A stretch of DNA of 64,000 bases from NCBI GenBank assembly GCA_964016885.1, contig OZ024740.1, positions 226,796,001 through 226,860,000 on the forward strand. The letters run 5' to 3'. Position 1 is the stretch's first letter; every line of letters starts with the position of its first letter. The stretch is from Eledone cirrhosa. Taxonomy: Eukaryota. Of the stretch, positions 54,627 to 64,000 are shown piece after piece. Under the pieces are notes generated by a model. The model was not told the DNA's origin. It worked only from the letters and a program-made list of their open reading frames with translations, and made no database searches. The position numbers and the translations under genes are program-made.

Positions 54627-55330
54627 GGTAGTTGTGGGGATGGCAGTGATGGTAATGGAAGGCTTCACTTTCCAGTCCCTTGATTTGGCCGGCTCTCTAT
54701 ATACTGCTCAAAGGAAAGAAAAGAGTGTAAGAGTCATTGCAGTGGTAATGGTGCTGGTACTAGTGGTGGAGGTTCGTAGTGGTGGTGGTGGTGGTGGTGG
54801 TGGTGGTGCAATTGGTGTTGTTGTTGATGGTGGTAGGTGGTGGTGGTGGTGGTGGTGGTGGTGGTGGTGGTGCGGTTGTTGCTGTTGTGGACGGTGCTAT
54901 GCAGTGGTGGTTGTGGTGGCGCTAGTGGTGATGGTGGTGGTGATGGTGATTGTGGTGGTGGTGGTGGTGGTGGTGCAATTGGTGTTGTTGTTGAAGGTGG
55001 TGGGTGGTGGTGGTGGTGCAGTTGTTGCTGTTGTTGCTGGGGCTATGTAGTGGTGGTTGTGGTGGCGCTGGTGGTGATGGTGGTGGTGATGGTGATTGTG
55101 GTGGTGGTGGTGGTGCATTTGGTGTTGTTGTTGATGGTGGTAGGTGGTGGTGGTGGTGGTGGTAGGTGGTGGTGGTAGGTGGTGGTGGTGCAGTTGTTGC
55201 TGTTGTTGCTGGTGCTATGTAGTGGTGGTTGTGGTGGTGGTGGTGGTGGTGGTGATGGTGGTGCTGGTGGTGTTAGTGGAGATTGGTGGAGATGGTGGTT
55301 GGATTGATGTTGTTGTTGTTGCTGGTGGTG
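54580..55330. repeat. (GGT/GTT)n tract with a ~130-150-bp higher-order repeat
   Basis: ggtgca(a/t)ttggtgttgttgttga...gctatg occurs three times. Confidence 0.85.
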
Positions 55331-55662
55331 CAGGGTGGGGATTTATTAGGTCTGTGTGATTGTATCTGATCAAGGTCCACTAGTCCAGCGAGAAACAAGA
55401 GACAAGCTTTCAGTAATAACTACCATTCTTTCATTGTTACATTACCATTGGGAATACTAAAAGCTTTCCAAATGAAGTTGGGAAAAAGGAAAAGAAAAGG
55501 ATAACAAAAATCAAATGGAGGGTGAGGGGGAAAATAAATAATAAAAACAATGCCTAAAACAATGCGAAATAAACCTAAATCCATGTATGCATGTGTGCAT
55601 GTACATATGTATGTTTCTGCATGTACGTATGTGTGTGTTTGTGTGTCTATCTGTGAATGTAA

Positions 55663-55703
<41 letters not shown>

Positions 55704-55730
55704 GTTAGTGGGGGCATATTTATACATATG

Positions 55731-55765
<35 letters not shown>

Positions 55766-57217
55766 GTACATACACACACACACACAAACATATATATATA
55801 TGTGTGTATATATATAAATATGTTTGTGTGTGTTTGGAGTGTATGTATATGTGTGTATAAATGTCTGTTGTGTGTATTTATAGTTTTATCATAATTGTAC
55901 ATATATATTTCTACTTCCATCAATCCCAAATTGAATTCACTAGTGGTTGTTAATGCTAACATACCAGACCAGTAAAAGTATTCTTTCTTTTGCTTGTATC
56001 TACCTAGTTATTTATTGATCTTGTTACCAATTGATCATTTACCTGTCAGTTTGTCTGTCTGATTGTTGGGCTCTTTGTTTATTTTTTGTTTAACATACAG
56101 TCTTGGGTCCCAAATAATAGGGGCAGGGATAATAAGCAGGGATTTGGAAAAACGGTATATTTTCTAGATTGTCTTCATTGATTTTTTAAAAATCAGAATT
56201 TATCATTTAGTTTACATATTGCGACCCCATGTATAATGTTTTTTAATGTCTAAAAAAATAAATGGTCAGGAATGCTACCACTTAAAATACAACCCAACCT
56301 AGAAATCGAACCCATGATATTATGATTGTAAGTCCAACTTCCTTACTACTAGGCTATGAACCATCCAGCTAGAAATATTATTGACTCAAACGCTTACATT
56401 TTAAATATGTTTGCTCTTGAGTAACTTTAGTGGAATTTGCTCTGTTGCATATATCCCAATATTGTGTGTATCTAGTTTACAATAGGTACACCATATCCCT
56501 ACATTTTGTAAATGAGGACTAAATTAATGGCAATAGGAGGTAGATAATCCAGCTTTAAAACATTGCTTCAAAATTTACCTAATGATGAGTATAAAGTTCA
56601 TTGTGCAGCTGGCAATGTTAACCTTTGGCTCAGTATGGAAGATGACCTTAGAGTGCTTGTTGTGGGTTGTTTTCTGTTGATAGCATTTGAGCAAGCTCTC
56701 TGATTTGGAGATAAATTCCTTCCTTCCTCTCACCAATATCAGAAGTTCCAGAAAAAAATAAGTGATTGTGTGCATTGTCCTTTTTTTTCATAAGTGATGA
56801 AAATATATAAAGTAAGAATGCTTTAGATGTAGCTTTACATACCCCTAAAATGACAAATTGTCATTGTTGGAATGGCTTTGATTATAGGCCCCTAGATCAA
56901 AGTCAACATGACGCTAAACAACAACAACATCTAATGAAGGTCTACATTAGTAAATAATTAAAAATAAAAGTTAAAAAAGGCAGGTTTTACAGATGAATTT
57001 GCATGACATGGGAAGAGTCGAATTGTAGTGTTTTGAGTAAGGCTGTTCTTCAAAGAAACCAGAAGAGTTTTGGAAGCACATCAACTTCCACTTCAATCTA
57101 CATTAAATAAAATTAACCTCACTGTTACTTAGTGAATTTCTGCTTTAGATATTTTCTCTTTGCTAATGGTTCTTACAAGAAAACACACAACTCACTTCCA
57201 AATAGGGAGACATTGTT

Positions 57218-57574
57218 TACTCTCAGATCTCAGATAATCCCCCCTCCCACCTCTACATTCGCTTATTAATTTTTCAGATTTTTCCAGCCTCCGCTTATTA
57301 AATTTTGCTAAGCTATCACTGGCGAAATTTTATTTTAAGTGGTAGAATTCCTGACAGTTAATTTTCTTTATACATTAAAAAACTTTATAAATTACAAAAA
57401 TCTCATAAGTTATAAAATAATGTATGAGATAATGCATTGATAGGGGTCTCAATATGAAAACTAAATAACTAATTCTGGTTTTTTTTTTAAATCAACCTAG
57501 AAAAATTACTGATTTTCCACACGCACCCATTTATTCCACCCACCCCATCCCTTATTATTTGGAACCCGAGAGTA
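57218..57574. mobile_element. TA-flanked MITE (Tc1/pogo-like); a related TIR lies at about 56096
   Basis: tactctcagatctcagataat ... attatttggaacccgagagta. 56096 reads tacagtcttgggtcccaaataata. Confidence 0.5.
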
Positions 57575-58756
57575 CTTCATTTAACTGGCCAGTCTCAAAA
57601 TACCAGCTACCATTAAATATATCACCAATTCATTTGACTTAAGACATCAATCAGAAAAAGACAAAAATATTTTCTTTCAACATCAAACACCAGTGAAAGT
57701 CAAATCATTGATTACTTCTTTTATTACCTTTCCTTTTGTTCTCTTTTTTTCATTATGTGTAACAGACACAAACATACATAGGCTGATACAAACATAAAAG
57801 CACTCACATATACATACATATATATATATATATATGTGTGTATGTGCTATAGTCTTTAAAACAATCTTGAAGTTTAATTAAGTGATAAAATGGTTAAGCT
57901 AAAAATAAATACTTCTATTGGATGCTAAACTTAGATTTTCTTTTCTTTCTACTTTGAAATTAAAATGTATTTAACTTAACCTATTTCAGAATAATAGAAT
58001 TATTTTGGTCTCCTTTAAAATGATAACAATGAAATCATAATTTTGAGAAGAATATTCAAAATTGATTGTATTAGTGAAAAATGTATTGTTAATAAAAATA
58101 TAAGGTTTGTTCAGTAGTCAAAGTTTTAAGATCTCATGAGCTCAAGCACATAGCAAATATTGTTTCATGTCCTAAGGCAAAGTAACATATGAGTATTTTT
58201 CTTCAGTTCAACTGACAAGGAAATAAATATTAATGACTTCACTGAAATGGAACAACAGTAATTCCTAAGAAAAGCATTTTTTTATTAAATGATGCAGCAA
58301 ATATTATCAAAGGATGTTTGAACAATTTCTTGAATGATTCTTATTGATATTGCAGTCGTTGTTATTGCTGGTTTTGTTGGTACTTTATATATTCACTTCA
58401 GTTATTTTGTATGATGGTAACTGATAAACTATATAGAAACAGTAATTCAATATGTGTAGCAAAAACGACAGGAACAATATCGGAGAGAATATAGAAAAAG
58501 TGAGAACGTGAAAAGATATCTGATAGGGTTGGCATTAAGAAATGGTTAAAATGACACTGAAAACTACACAAGACAAGCAGATAACAAATGGATGCAACCA
58601 TCCATCTTAAACTAATATCTGAAGCAAAGACAAAGTAGATTTGTAAGTTAATAAACCAAATATAATAAACATTTATTCCTGAAAACTGACTCTTAATGCA
58701 TTGTGAATATAACTATCCATGCATTTTAATTCAGAATAATAAACTTCTGGAATGGT

Positions 58757-58992
58757 AACCCTTTCATGAACGTATTTTAATTGAATACACACTATTTCAA
58801 TTAATTAATTAAGAATTTTGTGGGATTTACTAAAATTATTAATTATTTCATTATTAAGATAGTAACTTAATCTAAGGTTCTTATATAAAATTATGTTGGA
58901 AGATTTTAATTTGAATTGGAAACCTTTAAAATGGAGGGTTTATTTCCTAGAACCAGAGATGGATTTGGCAGAGTTGGTAACAAAAGGGTTAA
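58757..58992. mobile_element. TTAA-flanked (piggyBac-like) MITE
   Basis: taaccctttc...ggtaacaaaagggttaa, homologous to 36829-37067. Confidence 0.72.
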
Positions 58993-59444
58993 TACTCTTT
59001 ACCACTTTTGTGCTACTGACTGTGGACAGACTGTCATTGAAGAACCTCAAAAGACTTCATTTTCAGGCATTGAGTCAAAGAAGAATTGATTGGAAAGATA
59101 TGTTACTTTTTCAAGGACTATATGTAGATTTGAGAAAAGCAAAAGAAACATTCATTAATTATGCAGTATTCCCGCTGTTTACTGATACACAATGTTATTC
59201 TTCATTGTAACACATATTTACATCTAAGTTGAATGAGTAATTGAGAATTAAGTATTTTTTCACAAGACACTAAATATGTTGAAAAGCCTGGGTCGCCTAT
59301 CAGTAAGAACACCCACAAAATATCAATACAAACTCATAGGAGATCAACTAAACCTCTGACAGGTGGGCACCATAGCAGCATCTACACTAGATATTCTGTT
59401 ATTCTTTTGCTAATTTCACTCATGCTAGGGCTTTGCATGGAAAG

Positions 59445-59760
59445 AATCTAGTGAATCACATCAACCCCAGTACTTTCTTATTCATGTGTAGCACTTATTT
59501 TATCCATCTGTATTTTATCCATCTGTATTTGTCAAATTACTAACTTACAGGACACTAAAGAAACACAGACATGGGTACACACACACATACACACATGTTT
59601 GACAGTCTTCTGCACAGTTTCTGTCTACCAAAATTTCACTCAAAAGAATTGGTCAACCTGGGGCTATAGCAGAAGGTTCTTACCTAAGGTGCCACACAGT
59701 GAAACTGAACCCCAAACCATGAGATTTTGAAGCAAACTCCTTACACACACACAGACATGG
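59445..59760 (-). mobile_element. degenerate tRNA-derived SINE
   Basis: cttacctaaggtgccacacagtgaaactgaaccc is a reversed tRNA-like head/CORE segment. Confidence 0.55.
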
Positions 59761-60294
59761 TTGACACAGCTATTTATGACTGTTACTGGGTACAGTATAG
59801 TACGAGATGAGTAGAGTGTATTATCAACAATACTCATGGTATGTTATGTGCGATAACAAGTCAGTTGTATCAACTACTGAGAGATAATATTACCATAACA
59901 TTGTTATAATTGGCTGGGTGACAGAATAGCCGCTAGTGTGAACATTCTGTGAGAATTGAAAAATCATTGTTCAAAGAGAAGGATTTTTAAGAAACAGTTG
60001 GGTTAACAGTAGAAAGATTGATGGAGGTGTGGAAACTGGTTTAAGATGACAGGGTAGAGATGGTATGGACATATTTCTGTGTCCTCAGGAATTGGTCTGG
60101 TTACATCAGTGAATATTGATATTGATGTTACCCTTGTTGTTATAAGAGGTGTGATGATTCATTTACCATTACCACCATCACCATTACCGCCATCACCATT
60201 ACCACCATCACCATTACCATCATCACAAACATCCCTACCACCACCATCACCAATATCCCCACCATGCATCGCCACCAGCATCATCATACTTACC

Positions 60295-60325
<31 letters not shown>

Positions 60326-60499
60326 CTGGCAGTGGTAAGGGGTATTTGAAGTGGTTATCACTGTAGGAGTATCAAAACATTGGGAAGCAAATGGGTAATG
60401 TTGGTGACAACAGTCTATAGTAATGGTGTTAGGTAATTACTTTAGCTGCCGGTCATACTGTAACCAGTCTTCAAATTATATTGCTAAATAATTATCTTC

Positions 60500-61030
60500 T
60501 TCAATGACATCATCATCACCATCATCATCACCATTGTCAACACCAACACCATCATAATCCTCATTGCCAACACCATCCTCATCCTCATTTTCAACACCAT
60601 CATCATTGCCAACACCAAACATCATCACCAACATCATCATCATCCTCATCACCATCATCATCATCATTGCCAACACCATCAACATCATCATCATCATTGC
60701 TGACACCAATATGATCATCATCATCATCATCATCATCATTGCCAGCACCAACGCCATCCACATCATCATTGCCAACACTAACATCCCCATCTACATCATT
60801 GCCACCACCAACAACAGCAACATCATCATCAGCATCATCATCATTGCCAACACCAACACCACCATCATCATCATTGCCAACACCAACACCACCATCATCA
60901 TCATTGCCAACACCAACACCACAACCATTGCCAACACCAACACCCCCATCACCATTGCCAACACCAACACCACCATCATCATTGCCAATGCCAATACCAA
61001 CACGGCCATCATCATCATTGCCAACATCAT
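60500..61030. repeat. (CAT/CCA)n tract with cattgccaacacc unit
   Basis: Direct reading. Confidence 0.85.
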
Positions 61031-61052
61031 TATTTCATGTTATGGTGTTGTC

Positions 61053-61148
61053 GTTAACTTTGCCTTTCATCCTTACGGGGTCGATAAAATAAAGTACCAG
61101 TAATGTACTGGGTAATAGCTGGCCTTGTGCTTAAAGTAGAAACAGTTA
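61053..61148 (+). mobile_element. 5'-truncated SINE copy (Meta/MESC-like centre)
   Basis: gttaactttgcctttcatccttacggggtcgataaaataaagtacc. Confidence 0.8.
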
Positions 61149-61774
61149 TGGTGTTGCCATTCAATGCCTTACAGTCATGCTGACATTTTTACCTCAAACT
61201 ATGAAAGAAATTTGTCAGTAAAATCCATTTCTTTCCCAATTTCTATGTATTTGTGATGTTATTGTTAAAACTTATTGTAGATTAGCCTCATAAGATTTGT
61301 ACATTTTCTATTTTCTTTGCTGTTTCTCCCCTGCTCTACTATGCAGACTCATCATCGTTCACGTGAGAAACCAAGTGTCATGTTGATTAGCTTGTAGTTG
61401 AAATATTAATGATAGGAAAGATAGCAATGAAGATAAACAATAAAATAAAGATGTAGGAAGAAGGAAAGATATAGTAAAAGAGTGAGGCAGAGAGTAAGAC
61501 AGAGAAAAGAAGAGTAAACTAGAGAAAGTGAGAGTAAGGCAGAGAAAAAGAGTAAAGTAGAGAAAGAGGGAGTAAGGCAGAGAAAATAAGGGTAAAGTAG
61601 AGAAAGAGAGAGTAGCATAGAGAAAGGGAGAGTAAAGGAGTAAAGGAGAGAAAGAGGGATAAGAGAGAAAATTAAGTGATGGATTATATTAATAAAATCA
61701 ATGTTTGTACAACCCCCTACCATATAAACATAAACATACATTGATTTCTAAGTACACATTAACACTCTCAGATG

Positions 61775-61832
<58 letters not shown>

Positions 61833-64000
61833 GAGGGAATCTAGTTCTGTATAGAAACAATTAATTATTTAAAATTATTTCTATCGTTGTGTTTTTTTTT
61901 TAAGGAACCTATCAATCATTGAAAAACCATAGAACAAATTTTAAAATGTTCTCAAGTGTATCAATGTTGGATGTGAGTGTTTATATGTAATTGTGTGTGT
62001 GAGTGTGTATGCACGTGAGAGTGTGTATGTGTGTGTGTATGTGTACGTGAGGGTGTGGAGCAAAGAGTCAAACAAAAAAATACACTGACAAAAGAGGGAA
62101 TTTAGGTTTTAAAATATTTATACAATGCTTGGAATAAATACTTTGCCTGTTGAAAATTAAGTGCAATTGAATTGTGTAGCATAAGCTATTTTTGTTGGTT
62201 ATTTCTTTATCGATTTGATCAGAGGTTCCCAAACTTATTTTGTGGCAGAACCATTATTTGTTCCCCTCACTCCAGCATATGTATATTTTATATACAATGA
62301 CTACACCCCAAATTTTAGAATGTTTCTGGGTTCTTTTTAATTAATTCTAAGAATTACTGATTTTGAGTGGTCTGAGTGAAGTATACAACATGTGGGATGA
62401 GGGAAAGGGACATAAATGAGTCAAGAGTACTTGAGTGTAGGAGGCATATGACTGGCCAACTCTATAGAACAATATTTATATTTCAAAGGGATTAGAAAAA
62501 TACTTTCCCAAATCTGTTCCATAATCTGCTAAATCAGTGCCCTATTTTGCTAAATAGTTGATGAATAAGGGGATTTGATATTTTTACTCAGTAAGACAGT
62601 ATATTATGGATGTTAGAGAATTGGCTAATGATGTTATTGTCATGGTCTGTTACAAGAACTTGAAGTAAACATATTGTTTAAGGGTTTATTTCTCAAAGAA
62701 AATTTTAGAAAACCACAGACACTAATCTTTAACATTATATCAGCAAAAGAAAAGAAAAATGTTTTTCTTTATTTGCACACAATAGCTGTTTATGACAGTC
62801 CCAAATTTTCCATAATAAAAGTTAGACTTATTCCTGAGACATCATAATTTCAAGTGTGTAGTGAATTTTCACTTCACATCTCTCTCTCTCTCTATCTCTC
62901 TCTCACCTACCCCATATATATATACAAAGTGTCTGTACAAATGAATGCAAAACGCAGTCAACACATATTGTGGTAGTTATATATATATATATATATAAAC
63001 AATTTGACTTAGTCCCACGTTTCTTTAAGTTTATTATGCATAAAGATATATTTCTAAATCATCAGATGCCTTGGGTTAATGCATCTGACAATTGAGACAT
63101 ATATCTTTACATCCATAGAACTAATATAAATATATATGTAGAGAAAGAGATTAGGATTTTACCAGTTTTAAACTAGTAAGATCATTATTTAACAGAGTAC
63201 TTGAGATTGGCAAGAGCTCAGCTATTGGGCCCCGACTCTCTATAATATATGTGTATGTATGGGTCTTTAGTCTTGACCCTTATCCATGCAGCAACCATCA
63301 AACAAAAGGATAAATAACTATAACCATTGGAAAAGAGAATACTAAGAATACATAAATACGGAAGAGCTTTAGTTTAAAAGCTTAATCTTTTGCATGCTCT
63401 AGATGAAAAAGTATGCAGAGTTTAGGAATAGTTAGGCGATAACAAAAGTTAGTTATTTAGTTATATAGCAGTGAACTTTTGTTGAAAGTCAGTGGAACTT
63501 TAAAACTACATATATTAGCAATTTGTACTAAAGAAGTTCCATTAAAATCAAAGAATTTTTTTTCTGAATCCGAACATTTTATACTCGCTTTTCTTTGTAT
63601 TCCCTTTTCCATGCTCTTTTCTGTCTTTCACTCAATCCAGGTTCTTTTGGATTCAATTTATTTCATTTATTTACTCATTTCTCTTTGTGTCTATTTATTT
63701 TCCTTCTTGTTTTATTTCCAATTTCATTTATATGCCAGTCTTCAAAAGCAACTAAACCTATAATTTGATTAGACCAATCTTAAAAGATAATTTTTACGAA
63801 GTGAATTTTTACTAGATCTTTGTATTCTTCAACTCTGAACATTTCTCACACTCACACAAACATATAGATACACAACACACATATGCTTATACAGATATAA
63901 ACATACATACACATATACATATACATATATAAAGACATATACACACATACATATGTACATTCTCTACACACATATGCTCATACAGATGTACACATAGATA

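Noticed and set aside
56575-56775. Unique minus-strand ORF ending at a donor-like AG|GTAAAT
   Set aside because: No recognisable protein and no convincing acceptor or partner exons.

Overview
This is AT-rich, microsatellite-saturated animal genomic DNA. The SINE families and repeat landscape point to a coleoid cephalopod, most likely Octopus (inference). I found no recognisable host protein-coding exon; almost all listed ORFs are translations of (TA)n, (CA)n or triplet repeats. The only real coding remnants are retrotransposons: a 5'-truncated Dong/R4-clade LINE in an (AAT)n tract (40731-42936), two near-identical inverted RTE-clade LINE 3' ends (3947-4635 and 26955-27797), and an older RTE fragment. 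Many tRNA-derived SINEs and several MITEs are also present. The most striking signal is a set of short non-coding inserts in (TA)n tracts that carry complete type I hammerhead ribozyme folds. They fall into two sequence families with six complete folds, and compensatory stem changes are visible between copies. The inserts share a head-to-head fold-back layout resembling Penelope-like element (PLE) pseudo-LTRs. Several inverted duplications of ordinary flanking DNA also end on (TA)n tracts.
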